Of a stretch of 64,000 nucleotides of DNA, positions 38,540 through 48,296 are shown piece after piece. A program made the translations under genes and the position numbers. Each line of letters starts with the position of its first letter. Positions within the stretch are counted from its first letter, which is position 1. Origin of the DNA: Candidatus Binatia bacterium (GTDB taxonomy: Bacteria; Desulfobacterota; Binatia; Bin18). The notes below the pieces were generated by a model that was given only the letters and a program-made list of their open reading frames with translations, was not told where the DNA came from and searched no databases. The stretch spans positions 3,584,001 through 3,648,000 of the forward strand of contig OY761159.2 in NCBI GenBank assembly GCA_963664395.2, read 5' to 3'.

Positions 38540-39132
38540 TCGCCGAGCTGGTCCCACGCCCGTCGGATTTGCTGCTCAAGGTCTTGGAGTGAGCCGTTAT
38601 TGTGGATGACAACATTGGCGTACTTGCGACGCTCTTCGTTTGAAAGTTGGTTTGTAATCCGGGCTTCAGCGTCTTGCGCGGACATGCCGCGTTGTTCAGC
38701 CACACGGGTGATGGCTGCGGCTTTGTCGGTCTCGACTACCCAGACCGTATCTGCGAGAGGGAGCCAGCTGGCTTCAATCAGAATAGCTGCTTCAACTACA
38801 ATGGGTGAGGCAAGTCCTTCAGCTCGCTTTGCGTGGATACGTTGCCGGATTTCCTCAAACATAATCGGATGGACGATGGCATTGAGCCGTGTGAGCGCGT
38901 CCGCACTGCTGAAGACAATGGCACCCAGTTTTTTACGGTCGATGGTGTGGTCTTTTGCCAAGACTTCCTGCCCGAAGGTGTTGGTGACCTGTTTCCAGGC
39001 GGGCTGACCGGGCAGATAGATTTCATGCCCGACTTTGTCTGCGTCAATAACATGGGCGCCAAGGTCGGCCAGGGTCTTGGAGACCGTACTTTTGCCTGAG
39101 CCGATCCCGCCGGTGAGTCCAATGGTTTTCAT
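38536..39132 (-). CDS. coaE: Dephospho-CoA kinase
   Basis: IGLTGGIGSGKSTV, IDAD, IDRKKLG..VF, LNAIVHP, VIHNNGS. Confidence 0.96.
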   Translation of the reverse strand: MKTIGLTGGIGSGKSTVSKTLADLGAHVIDADKVGHEIYLPGQPAWKQVTNTFGQEVLAKDHTIDRKKLGAIVFSSADALTRLNAIVHPIMFEEIRQRIHAKRAEGLASPIVVEAAILIEASWLPLADTVWVVETDKAAAITRVAEQRGMSAQDAEARITNQLSNEERRKYANVVIHNNGSLQDLEQQIRRAWDQLGE

Positions 39133-39317
39133 GCGCCGCCTGCCTTACGTAGCATAGAACTGGGTTGTGTCAGAGATAGGTGGCGGCGGCAAGGGCGAGG
39201 CAGGCTTCTCTCTTGCTGCTGAGCATGGTATCACAACGAGCGAAGTCGCTGTAATGCGTAAACGTGCCAACATCCGGATGTCTGTTGGAGGGCATGTGTA
39301 CGCATCGTAGAGGATGT

Positions 39318-40067
39318 ATGCCATACGCAGACATACACGGAGTCAAACTCCATTATGAGGATGTCGGAGACGGGCCGCCTTTCCTCTTATTACCGGGAGC
39401 GTTGGGAACCGGACAATCGGATTTCGCTCTACAGTTAGAATCGCTCCCACAGCACGGACTGCGTGTTATTGCGCCTGACCCACGCGGCTATGGTAAATCC
39501 CGCCCTCCCGCGCGCGAATTCCCGCCTGACTTTTATCAACAGGATATGCGCGATTTCGTGGCGCTTATGGAAACTCTGGGCTGCTCGACATACGCGGTCG
39601 GTGGTTGGAGCGACGGAGCGATTACGAGTTTACTGCTGACGTTGGCCTATCCGCAGCAGGTGACCAGGATGGCCATCTGGGGCGGCAATGCGTATGTCGC
39701 CCAGGATGATATTGACGCCTATGAGAAAACGCGCTGTGTGGCGGATTGGTCCTCACGTACGGCAGCGCCCATGCAGGCCATGTATCGAGATGGATTTCAA
39801 GCGCTCTGGGCCCGCTGGTGTGACGCACAGCAGATGCTCTTGAAAGCGGGCGGAGATTTGTGTCGGGAGCGCTTATCGCAGATTAGATGTCCCACATTTC
39901 TGATGCATGGTGGAAAAGACCCATTGGTGCCGCTGTTTCATGCGCATTGCTTACAGCAAGGGATAGCAGAGGCACGCTTGCACGTGTTTCCGGAGGGGAG
40001 ACACAATATTCATCTCTTCTATGCAGCTGAGTTTAACGAGATGTTAGTCGAGTTTCTTTTGTCTTAA
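39318..40067 (+). CDS. Alpha/beta hydrolase, BPHL/valacyclovir hydrolase-like
   Basis: DPRGYGKSRPP, GWSDG nucleophile elbow, HGGKDPLVP, PEGRHN. Confidence 0.88.
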   Translation: MPYADIHGVKLHYEDVGDGPPFLLLPGALGTGQSDFALQLESLPQHGLRVIAPDPRGYGKSRPPAREFPPDFYQQDMRDFVALMETLGCSTYAVGGWSDGAITSLLLTLAYPQQVTRMAIWGGNAYVAQDDIDAYEKTRCVADWSSRTAAPMQAMYRDGFQALWARWCDAQQMLLKAGGDLCRERLSQIRCPTFLMHGGKDPLVPLFHAHCLQQGIAEARLHVFPEGRHNIHLFYAAEFNEMLVEFLLS

Positions 40068-40106
40068 TGTGTGCGATGTCATGGTGCGATGTCATGGGAG
40101 GATGCT

Positions 40107-40718
40107 ATGGCCACAGTAGAATTTTTTTACGACTACTCCAGTCCGTGGACCTATTTGGCGTTTACGAAGATTGAGGGGCTGTGCCACAAATACAATGCTG
40201 ACCTTCAGTGGCGTCCGTTTCTGGTTGGTGGGGTGTTTAACACGGTCAACCCTTCGGTGTATGAATTCCGGGAAAAGGGGGTGCCGGCCAAGCAGCACTA
40301 TACGGCAAAAGATATGGGCGACTGGGCGCGCTACTACGGTCTCAAGATTACAATGCCACCCTCTGTTTTCCCGGTGAATTCGATCAAAGCGCTCCGCGGC
40401 GCACTAGTAGCGCTCGAACACCCTGGAAAGTTTCTGCCCTATAGCTATCGGGTGTTTGAAACGTACTGGGGTGAGGACCAGGATATCAGTCAGGATGGGG
40501 TGTTGCAGAAAATCGTTGAAGAAGTCGGCCTTGACGCAGAAGAATACTTCGACAAGATCAAGCGTCAGGACTACAAAGATCAGGTTCGAGCCAACACGGA
40601 CGCGGTGATCAATCGCGGCGGATTCGGTACGCCGACTATATATGTCAATGGCGACTCCATGTTCTTCGGGAATGATCGGTTAGTATTGGTTGAGGAAGAG
40701 TTAAAGCGCAGCGCGTAG
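40107..40718 (+). CDS. 2-hydroxychromene-2-carboxylate isomerase / GST kappa (DsbA-like)
   Basis: FFYDYSSPWTYLA, WRPFLVGGVF, FPVNS, GGFGTPT, FFGNDRL. Confidence 0.9.
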   Translation: MATVEFFYDYSSPWTYLAFTKIEGLCHKYNADLQWRPFLVGGVFNTVNPSVYEFREKGVPAKQHYTAKDMGDWARYYGLKITMPPSVFPVNSIKALRGALVALEHPGKFLPYSYRVFETYWGEDQDISQDGVLQKIVEEVGLDAEEYFDKIKRQDYKDQVRANTDAVINRGGFGTPTIYVNGDSMFFGNDRLVLVEEELKRSA

Positions 40719-40736
40719 CCGCGTGAAAAGGTCATA

Positions 40737-40773
40737 CAAAAGAGGGCAGCCGTATGATGGTTGCCCTCTTTTG
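40737..40773. terminator. Bidirectional intrinsic terminator
   Basis: CAAAAGAGGGCAGCC-N7-GGTTGCCCTCTTTTG between convergent genes. Confidence 0.8.
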
Positions 40774-40802
40774 TTTTCCGCCCACCGGTGTTCTCTCAGG
40801 CG

Positions 40803-41156
40803 TCAGCCGTCCCAGCCCCACTTCTGTTTGTTGGCTGTAATCTCATCCGCGCTGGGATGGTCTATTTTCTCATGCCCGGCGACCTCAAAATCCGCTTCGT
40901 CGTCAACCATCGCGTAGTTGAGTGGGGTATCGGATTCAAACACGTCGGGGACGGCGATTTCCTCAAAAATGGCCTGCCAGGGACATTCGGGCTCACACGC
41001 CCCACAGTCAATACATTCGTCCGGATGGATATAGAGTTGGTTCGGGAACTTTTCGGCATCGCTGCCGGTGTATTTATAAATACAGTCAACCGGACAAACG
41101 GCCACACAGCCCGTGTCGACGCAGTCCCGGCATAGTCTCGTGATGATGTATGTCAT
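40803..41156 (-). CDS. Ferredoxin (7Fe FdxA-like)
   Basis: MTYII..C.DC.DT.CV.VCPVDCI and [13 protein letters not shown]; AAGGAGG SD. Confidence 0.93.
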   Translation of the reverse strand: MTYIITRLCRDCVDTGCVAVCPVDCIYKYTGSDAEKFPNQLYIHPDECIDCGACEPECPWQAIFEEIAVPDVFESDTPLNYAMVDDEADFEVAGHEKIDHPSADEITANKQKWGWDG

Positions 41157-41391
41157 CGTCTCCTCCTTGCAGCATAGCCAACGCGGGCGGGTAACAGGAA
41201 AAAACACACCCGCCCCGCGAGCCCCACAGTGCTATCGCATCACTTCGGGCAGGTCAATTGCAGACAGGGGCAAAGAAAAAAGGTGTTCTTACTACCCAAG
41301 AGGGAAAGAAGAATACGCGTATTCTGGCCCGTGCAGCCTATTGATCGGAATCTTAATCGAGGGGTCCACGCTGAGAAAAAACACACTATCA

Positions 41392-43554
41392 TCAGGAAGC
41401 TGAGTGGGAGCGGTGGTAGTCTGTCACAAGCCGGAGGGCCGCGGCAGCCCGCTCATGGGTGGCCACGGTCGCGATACCATGCTGATGAAACTGGGCCCGG
41501 GCGTGCAGCACACTCGCTTCATGGGCAAACGGTTGCAGCACAACAAAAAAGGGCTTGGCCGAACGCGCGGCAAAGTCACTTAATGTGTCTAACAATGTCG
41601 TCAGCACTTGAGGCCGGGCTTCCCACTGTCCGGCCACTAAGCCGGCTCCCGTATCCATGACGATCGCGTCTATATGCGGGTCACGGTCAAGGATGGAGAG
41701 CAGGCGGTCCAGGGTGTCCGTCATCTGGCCCATCCCAATCGTATGACCGGAATCGAGCGGATTGCGAAAGCTGCCGCCAATGACGTTAAAGAACGAAGAG
41801 AGTTCTTTGTAAGAGGCGTCGCTGAGCAGAGGAACCCGCAGACCGGCAGCGGCAAAGGCATCGGTCATACTGACCGATGGACCCCCCGTCATGGCAATGA
41901 GCCCCACCCCATCTCCGGTTGTTGATTTTGTGAACTGCAGCAGTTTTATGACATCGAGCAGCTCATCAAAACTACGCGCTGCCACTGCCCCGGCCTGACG
42001 GACCATGGCAGCCCATACGGTAGCGGAGACGGCGAGTGAGCCGGTGTGTGACGAGGTGGCCCGTTGGCCCGCCTTGGTCTGCCCACCTTTCCAAATAACA
42101 ACCGGCTTGTGGGGGGTGACCTCGCGGAGCAACGAAAAAAAGCGGCGGCCTTCTCGGACACCCTCAAGGTACATGCCGATAATTTTCGTTTCGTTATCGT
42201 GGGCGAGGTAGTCGAGGTAGTCACTTGCATCGAGGACCGCAGCATTCCCAAAACTGACCGCTTTACTGATATGGAGCCCATGATTGGCGGCTGCCATGCT
42301 GAATGTGATGGTGTGGGTCCCACTCTGGCCGATGAAACCGATTGAGCCTGGTTCTCCGGCCGGCAGGTCCGGGTAATTGCGGAGGCCGATTTTCGGATGG
42401 TAGATGCCCATACAGTTCGGGCCGATAAGGGCGAGTCCGGCCTCTTGGGCGGTGTGGGTTACTATATGCTCCAGGCGTTGTCCCTCTGCGTCCTGTACTT
42501 CGGAGAAGCCCGAGGTGAAGAGCATCACTCCAGCGACTTTTTTGGTGACACACTCAGCAACAATACGCGGGGCGATCTGGCGTGGAACTGCAGTCATGAC
42601 ATAGTCAACGTCTTCTGGAATCGACGCTAGGCTTGGATAGTTTTTGACCCCTAAATCCGTAATGCCCTGGATTTCTCGCTCATCGATCTGGACGGAATAG
42701 ACCGTGCCGCCGAAGGTGCTCTGGCTCCGCAACCACATGTAATTCATCGCGCGTTTATCGCCGATAACGGCGACCGTCCGAGGATTAAACGTTCGCTCCA
42801 AAGACGCCCGGGTCTCGTCCGACAGCGGGCGGGGTAGGGCACTGGGCCCATCAGCGCGGAGGACAGCGTGGGCATCAACGGCGAGACAGCCGTCTGCATA
42901 GGAAAAAACAGGATTGAGGTCGAGTTCTTGGATATCCGGCTGGGCCGCGGCTAAGGCTGACAGAGAAAGGAGGGTCTGCTCCAAAGCGACCAGATCGACT
43001 GCCGCCTGACCGCGATGGCCGGTTAACAAGGGAAATCCGCTGATTTCACGGATCATGCGCGCGGCATCCTGCGGGCGGAGCGGAGCCACCCGGAACGCCA
43101 CATCTTTGAGCACCTCGACATGTACCCCACCCAAGCCAAACATGACGAGCGAGCCGAACTGCGGATCGGATGTCAAACCGATAATGACCTCAACTCCCGG
43201 TCGGGCCATCGGTTGAACACAGACGCCTTCGATGACCGCAGCCGGCTGTGTGTTTTGGACGGCGGTCAGAATGTCATCAAACGCGCGGCGGACGGCATCT
43301 TCTGTGGTGAGGTTGAGTTGCACGCCTCCGCTGTCGCTCTTATGCACAACGTCAGCTGAACTGATCTTGAGCGCAACCGGGAAATCCATATCCCGGGCGA
43401 GAGCTATGGCTTCCTCGGCTGTTCGTGCCAGCTCCGTTCGGACGGTAGAGATGCCGGCTGAGTGGACTAATGCCTTTGCCTCCCCTTCCGTCAGCACGGA
43501 GCGATTCTGCTCTTTTGCGTGTTGAATGATGCTGCGGGCAGTGGTGGCGGCCAT
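41392..43554 (-). CDS. Acetate/acyl-CoA ligase (ADP-forming) family, ATP-grasp domain first
   Basis: FPVALKI.S..VHKSDSGGV, FGLGG..VEVLKD, ELDLNP; then CoA-binding domain, IGPNCMG, QSG, SSHTGSL phospho-His. Confidence 0.9.
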   Translation of the reverse strand: MAATTARSIIQHAKEQNRSVLTEGEAKALVHSAGISTVRTELARTAEEAIALARDMDFPVALKISSADVVHKSDSGGVQLNLTTEDAVRRAFDDILTAVQNTQPAAVIEGVCVQPMARPGVEVIIGLTSDPQFGSLVMFGLGGVHVEVLKDVAFRVAPLRPQDAARMIREISGFPLLTGHRGQAAVDLVALEQTLLSLSALAAAQPDIQELDLNPVFSYADGCLAVDAHAVLRADGPSALPRPLSDETRASLERTFNPRTVAVIGDKRAMNYMWLRSQSTFGGTVYSVQIDEREIQGITDLGVKNYPSLASIPEDVDYVMTAVPRQIAPRIVAECVTKKVAGVMLFTSGFSEVQDAEGQRLEHIVTHTAQEAGLALIGPNCMGIYHPKIGLRNYPDLPAGEPGSIGFIGQSGTHTITFSMAAANHGLHISKAVSFGNAAVLDASDYLDYLAHDNETKIIGMYLEGVREGRRFFSLLREVTPHKPVVIWKGGQTKAGQRATSSHTGSLAVSATVWAAMVRQAGAVAARSFDELLDVIKLLQFTKSTTGDGVGLIAMTGGPSVSMTDAFAAAGLRVPLLSDASYKELSSFFNVIGGSFRNPLDSGHTIGMGQMTDTLDRLLSILDRDPHIDAIVMDTGAGLVAGQWEARPQVLTTLLDTLSDFAARSAKPFFVVLQPFAHEASVLHARAQFHQHGIATVATHERAAAALRLVTDYHRSHSAS

Positions 43555-43576
43555 AGGTTCTCTTCCTCTGACTCTC

Positions 43577-44248
43577 TCATTGTTTTTGCTCGACTTGCTT
43601 TCGCAGGGTGGCCAGCTCGTCCCGAATCGCTTGGAGTGGTGAGGCTAATATCCCCTCGACCACTTCCCGGACAAACTTCTCAATATATTTCCCCTGCATA
43701 TCCCCTTCGATATTGACCCGATCTCCGGGCTTGCGCTGATGCAGCGTGGTGACTTCGTGGGTGTGGGGGATAATGGCGCAGGTGAATTCTGTGGATGTAC
43801 AGTGAAAGACCGTCAGACTAATACCATCGACTGCAACCGAGCCTTTCTCCACGAGGTAGCGGCTGAGCTCGGCTGGGAGAGCAAAGGTATACAGAAACGA
43901 ATCGCCTTCCGGTTGAATGGATGTGACGTGTCCTACTCCGTCAACATGACCAAAGACGAGATGGCCGGAGAGACGGTCCTCAAGCCGGAGCGAGCGTTCC
44001 AGATTCACACGCTCGCCGACTTGGAGCTCTCCAAGGGTCGTGCGTCGCAGAGACTCGGCTGAAACGTCAAAGCTGAGTTGGTCTGCCTCAATCGCGGTTA
44101 CGGTCAAGCAGGTCCCATTCGTACAAATGCTCTCGCCCAGGCTGATTTCTTGTGAGGGAATACTCGTCCGCAGTCTGAGGCGAACACCTGCGGCAATGGC
44201 GTCTATCTTCGTGATTGTCCCGGTTGTTTCAATAATGCCGCTGAACAT
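43577..44248 (-). CDS. ribE: Riboflavin synthase (alpha chain)
   Basis: MFSGII, GESI..NGTCLTV, VNLER, GHLVFGHVDG, KGSVAVDGISLTV. Confidence 0.96.
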   Translation of the reverse strand: MFSGIIETTGTITKIDAIAAGVRLRLRTSIPSQEISLGESICTNGTCLTVTAIEADQLSFDVSAESLRRTTLGELQVGERVNLERSLRLEDRLSGHLVFGHVDGVGHVTSIQPEGDSFLYTFALPAELSRYLVEKGSVAVDGISLTVFHCTSTEFTCAIIPHTHEVTTLHQRKPGDRVNIEGDMQGKYIEKFVREVVEGILASPLQAIRDELATLRKQVEQKQ

Positions 44249-44342
44249 AATACCTCGGAAGGATTGGGGAGGGAGTGGGAATGCGGAAGCGTTTCGGGTG
44301 GGATGAGTGTTCCTCCTTTTTGTCCGGCCCCCAACCCCGGTC

Positions 44343-44951
44343 TTAGCCGGCGGCCTGTACGCTCGGCTGCTCTTTGAGTCGGTTGATCCAAGCCTCAAGC
44401 TTGGGATGTGGAATATCGACGTGTAGCTTGGGAAACAGGAGGGCCCACGACACATAGGGAATATCTGCCATGGTCAACGTGGGGCCGACAAGGAAGTCAT
44501 CGTTTCCAAGCTCGTTTGTGAGGTGATCGAAGCAGAGGTTCAAATCCGCGGTCGCTTGCGAGACCACATCTTGGTCAGCTGAGCCTCCCTGCATGGGTTT
44601 GAGCAGGAATTCTCCGACAAGGGTTGCTACGGCGCTCTCATACGGGTTATCGGCATAATGCATGAGCACGCGGGCTCGGGCCCGTTGTCCTAAATCGTCT
44701 GGGAGCAATGGCGGGGTCGGGTACGCGTCGTTCAGGTATTCCATAATAATTGTTGACTCATAGACCGTTGTCCCATTGTCCTGGAGCGCGGGTATTTTCC
44801 CGTAGGGGTTCATTGCTAAATAGGCCGGCGTTTTCTGCTCTCCCTTGGTGATGTCAATCGGGACCTTTTCATACTCCAGCCCCTTTGCTGCGAGGGTAAT
44901 CCGCACCTTACGCGCGCGGGGAGACATGGGAAAATCGTAGAGCTTAATCAT
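44343..44951 (-). CDS. Glutathione S-transferase family protein
   Basis: SPRARKV, NPYGKIPAL, ESTIIMEYL, TMADI. Confidence 0.92.
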   Translation of the reverse strand: MIKLYDFPMSPRARKVRITLAAKGLEYEKVPIDITKGEQKTPAYLAMNPYGKIPALQDNGTTVYESTIIMEYLNDAYPTPPLLPDDLGQRARARVLMHYADNPYESAVATLVGEFLLKPMQGGSADQDVVSQATADLNLCFDHLTNELGNDDFLVGPTLTMADIPYVSWALLFPKLHVDIPHPKLEAWINRLKEQPSVQAAG

Positions 44952-45195
44952 GGTTGGGCTCTTGTTTGGCCGTTTTTCGACGGTTGATAATTTTCTGAGC
45001 TGTATTTTTGAGACGGAGGTGCCAGCGTTCCGCCCATTTGAAATCTCGACTCAGAATCCCAAAGCTGACAAAAATCAACACAATACCCGGACCGGGAACG
45101 CCGGGCAGGCTGAGAAAAAGCCCCACAAGAAGGAGAACAATCCCGCCAACGATCCGGCAAATCCGCCAGAGCTGATCGCGTGCCGCACGAAGCAT
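44944..45195 (-). CDS. PGPGW-like small membrane protein
   Basis: GIVLLLVG..LPGVPGPG..ILS.DF.WA. Confidence 0.8.
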   Translation of the reverse strand: MLRAARDQLWRICRIVGGIVLLLVGLFLSLPGVPGPGIVLIFVSFGILSRDFKWAERWHLRLKNTAQKIINRRKTAKQEPNHD

Positions 45196-45229
45196 GCTTG
45201 GTAAACCTGAATAAAGAAGTCAAGGCAGG

Positions 45230-45565
45230 CTAGAGATCATCAAGGATTTTACCACTTCGTGCCTTTTCTACCGTCTCATCGAACTGAGAGCCGAGATCAA
45301 CTCCCATTTCTCTCGCTCGTTTTTTTGCCCACAGGCCAACGTTCCGGTTGTCGCGGTAGAATGCCTCATCTCGCGGGGCATTGGTGTCCAGGTTGTTGAG
45401 GCGAGCCTCTTCACCTTGATGATACGCAAAAGGGGAGAGAATCCGAGTGAGTCGGCGACGCTCACAGTATTGACACCGAGGAGATTTTTTGACGTCTCCT
45501 ATCTTCATGAAAAGCAGACTTTGCTGCCTGTTGCACGCCTGACAGTAGTATTCGTAGATCGGCAT
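45230..45565 (-). CDS. FmdB family zinc-ribbon protein
   Basis: MPIYEYYCQAC...CQYC....L.R.LS.F. Confidence 0.85.
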   Translation of the reverse strand: MPIYEYYCQACNRQQSLLFMKIGDVKKSPRCQYCERRRLTRILSPFAYHQGEEARLNNLDTNAPRDEAFYRDNRNVGLWAKKRAREMGVDLGSQFDETVEKARSGKILDDL

Positions 45566-45709
45566 AGTGTTTCTATCCCCTATCATACCTCTGTCAGAGG
45601 TGCTATAGAGCGGCTCTATTTCACCCTTCTTGGACGAGCGGCTGGAACTGTTGGGGGGAGTGGTGGCAGAAGATGCTGGCGAGAGAAAGCCTGCGCTGGG
45701 ATTAGAAGC

Positions 45710-46489
45710 GTGCCCTACTTCGAAAAAGAGCGCCAAGGTCCATACTTCCCGTGGATGAATCATGCCCTCATGGGGGTGATCCTGGGCTGCTTTGCCTATG
45801 AGCTCACCCTTGGCCCGGCATTCCAGTCTTTCCTCATGACCCATGGCTGGGTTCCTGCACAATTTTCTCTGGCTCTCACGCAGGGACAGTTTCCCTTCTC
45901 TCCCTCGCTTGTCATCTGTATATTCCTGCATGGTGGATGGCTTCATCTGATCGGCAATCTCCTGTGCCTGTTCCTTCTCGGGAACGTAGTAGAGGAGCGA
46001 TTAGGGGCAGTCCGCTACCTGGTGCTGTATCTCTGTGGAAGCATCATCGCCTTATTAACCCAGGCCGCGATTGCGCCGTTCTCCTCGGCGCCAATGATAG
46101 GCTCGAGCGGGGCGATCTCGGCAGTCGCGGGCGTCTATTGTCTACTTTTTTTCTCAACCCAAGCGCCCGCCCAAGAGCCCGATGACACTGCGCCTCCCTC
46201 TCCCTGGCCTCTTGAAGGAACTCCTACGATCCTCTTCTTGATCGGCTGGTTCTTCTTCCACTTGGTCGTTGGTGTCTATGCCTACACTATTGAGGAAACC
46301 CCATTATTATTGACCCGTATTGCCTGGGGTGCCCATATCGGAGGCTTTCTCGGCGGCACGGCCCTCGGTTCGCTGCTCTTGTCTTCTCCAGAAAGACATC
46401 GTCGCAGGCCCACTGTCGGGGCCTCACCACTTGTGTTTGATCGACCCAAGTCTCTGCCCCGCCGGCGTAGGGGCGAATTCTTCTCGTGA
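45710..46489 (+). CDS. Rhomboid family intramembrane serine protease
   Basis: FLHGGWLHLIGN, VEERLG, GSSGAI, AWGAHIGGF; start uncertain. Confidence 0.88.
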   Translation: MPYFEKERQGPYFPWMNHALMGVILGCFAYELTLGPAFQSFLMTHGWVPAQFSLALTQGQFPFSPSLVICIFLHGGWLHLIGNLLCLFLLGNVVEERLGAVRYLVLYLCGSIIALLTQAAIAPFSSAPMIGSSGAISAVAGVYCLLFFSTQAPAQEPDDTAPPSPWPLEGTPTILFLIGWFFFHLVVGVYAYTIEETPLLLTRIAWGAHIGGFLGGTALGSLLLSSPERHRRRPTVGASPLVFDRPKSLPRRRRGEFFS

Positions 46490-46529
46490 GGATGGGCAAT
46501 GTCCTCTCGCTTCGTGAGATGAGGCTCGT

Positions 46530-47018
46530 TTAGTTTAATTGAGCGGAAAGGGCGGCAAGGGTCCGGCGAGCGGTCCGTGAGCGGGGCTCAATCTCAAGCG
46601 CTCTCCCAAATTCTCGTGCTGCCCGGAGCAGATCTCTTTTTGCGAGAGCAATCCGGCCCAGGTTCAGATGTGGATAATGGGGCGTGTCATAATGGGTCGC
46701 TTCTGTTGCGTGCTCTAACCATGGGACGGCGTCATCAAGCTTGCCCATCTTCATGAGATAGAGACCGACGTCATTGTATGGATTGCCAAACTCAGGGCTG
46801 ATTGCAATTGCAGTGCGGCATTCTTCAATTGCGTCTTCGTAACGATGGAGAAAACTATACGTCCAACCGAGAGAGGTATGCGCCTCTGCGGTCGGATAGA
46901 GTCGAATGGACTCCTGGTAGAAACGCATGGCATCTCCCAGATCTCCTTGTCTTTGCGCCTGATAGCCTTTGTATAAGAGTGCCGATGCCTTTTCCTCGCG
47001 GCCTTTCGTTGTGTCCAT
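46530..47018 (-). CDS. Tetratricopeptide repeat protein
   Basis: YPTAEAHT.LGW.YS, AI.EC..AI...PEFGNPYND.G, PHLNLGR. Confidence 0.85.
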   Translation of the reverse strand: MDTTKGREEKASALLYKGYQAQRQGDLGDAMRFYQESIRLYPTAEAHTSLGWTYSFLHRYEDAIEECRTAIAISPEFGNPYNDVGLYLMKMGKLDDAVPWLEHATEATHYDTPHYPHLNLGRIALAKRDLLRAAREFGRALEIEPRSRTARRTLAALSAQLN

Positions 47019-47059
47019 ATGCCTTGTTCCTTTGGGGAGCGTTATCAGTAATGTGTGTC

Positions 47060-47824
47060 TTATTTGTTTGCTGTCAAGTCCAATTTGTTTGAGGAAGGAT
47101 TTGAAGAAGAATGTGGCGTTGTGAAGTGGAAGTAGAGAGAGAGGGCGGTGTAGTAGAGCGGATAGTACAGAGAAGCAACCACAAGCCAGGGGTGGGCATG
47201 CGGAAGCTGAGAGAGAAGGACCAGCAGGACGCCAACCCAAATGGCAGCCAGGATATTAGTCAAGAGGCGTAGGCGAACCGTACGCGTCGGGTAAATATAG
47301 CGAATAGGAATAAAGACGCCGATGGCAAGGAGCATCACCAGGCTGCCATTCAGCCAAATGGGCGTACCGCCTGCGTAGAGATAGAACGCTACGATATTCC
47401 AGTAGGAGGGAAAGCCGGTAAAAAAGAAATCTTGTGTTTTGGCCTCTGCCTGACAAAAGCCATACGCGCTGGCAAGGAGCACCGCTGCCACGAAGAGCAG
47501 CGTGCCGGAAGCCGGAAGCAACTGAAACTGGTAGAGAAAAACAACTGGAACAATGACGTAGGTAAAATAGTCAACAATGTCGTCCAACTTGGCGCCGTCA
47601 AACCAGGGTAAAATACGTTTCACCTGGACGGCTCGGGCCAGAACGCCATCGGTCGCATCAATGAGCACCGCGACTAACATCCAGACAAATGCCTGGCGTG
47701 CATTGCCCACGAAAAGAGCCTGGAGAGAGAGAAATCCGGCGATTAAACCGGAGGCGGTGTAGGCGTGGACTGCCCAAGCGGCAAAAAGACGCACCCGGGA
47801 AATACGGGGGGTGGGGCTGTTCAC
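47060..47824 (-). CDS. pcs: Phosphatidylcholine synthase (CDP-alcohol phosphatidyltransferase)
   Basis: AWAVH.YTASG, DATDG.LAR...VK...P.FDG..LD.IVDY, FFTGFPSYWN; GTG 47824 follows the VOC stop. Confidence 0.82.
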   Translation of the reverse strand: MNSPTPRISRVRLFAAWAVHAYTASGLIAGFLSLQALFVGNARQAFVWMLVAVLIDATDGVLARAVQVKRILPWFDGAKLDDIVDYFTYVIVPVVFLYQFQLLPASGTLLFVAAVLLASAYGFCQAEAKTQDFFFTGFPSYWNIVAFYLYAGGTPIWLNGSLVMLLAIGVFIPIRYIYPTRTVRLRLLTNILAAIWVGVLLVLLSQLPHAHPWLVVASLYYPLYYTALSLYFHFTTPHSSSNPSSNKLDLTANK

Positions 47825-47825
47825 T

Positions 47826-48236
47826 TCATGTGACGCGCTGTGGGCTGAGGGTGGGTTCATACAAAATTTGAATGATGGTGCCATCCGGATCTGCGCAGTA
47901 AAGGGAGCGGCTGCCATCACGATGGGTCCGGACTGGTTTGACGATAGGGACACCGCGCGTCTCTAGTATTTCGGCGGCTCGGTCAACATCGTCTCTCTGC
48001 GGAACAATAAACCCGATGTGGTCGAGGAGCTGCCCCTCTCGGTCCCATCGGGGCGTCGCCCTATGCAGGGCCAGATTATCACAGCCCGAGGAGAGGTAGG
48101 CATTATCCGGGTCAGGCTGCCAGACGACCTGCATCCCAAACAGGGTCGTGTAGAACTCGACCGAGATGGCAACATCCGCCACATTAAGGGCAATATGTCG
48201 CAAGCCGGAATGGGGAATCGTTGACTCAGAGGCCAT
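47826..48236 (-). CDS. VOC/glyoxalase family protein
   Basis: LRHIALNV, DNLALH, LDHIGF, HRDGSRS.Y..DPDG. Confidence 0.9.
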   Translation of the reverse strand: MASESTIPHSGLRHIALNVADVAISVEFYTTLFGMQVVWQPDPDNAYLSSGCDNLALHRATPRWDREGQLLDHIGFIVPQRDDVDRAAEILETRGVPIVKPVRTHRDGSRSLYCADPDGTIIQILYEPTLSPQRVT

Positions 48237-48296
48237 GGATGTCTGTCCTGCAACTGTGGGTATTGTGACAAATCCGATCCGCGTTGGGTAGAGCGG

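Noticed and set aside
44249-44342. FMN riboswitch upstream of ribE
   Set aside because: The gap is only about 94 bp and lacks recognisable RFN motifs
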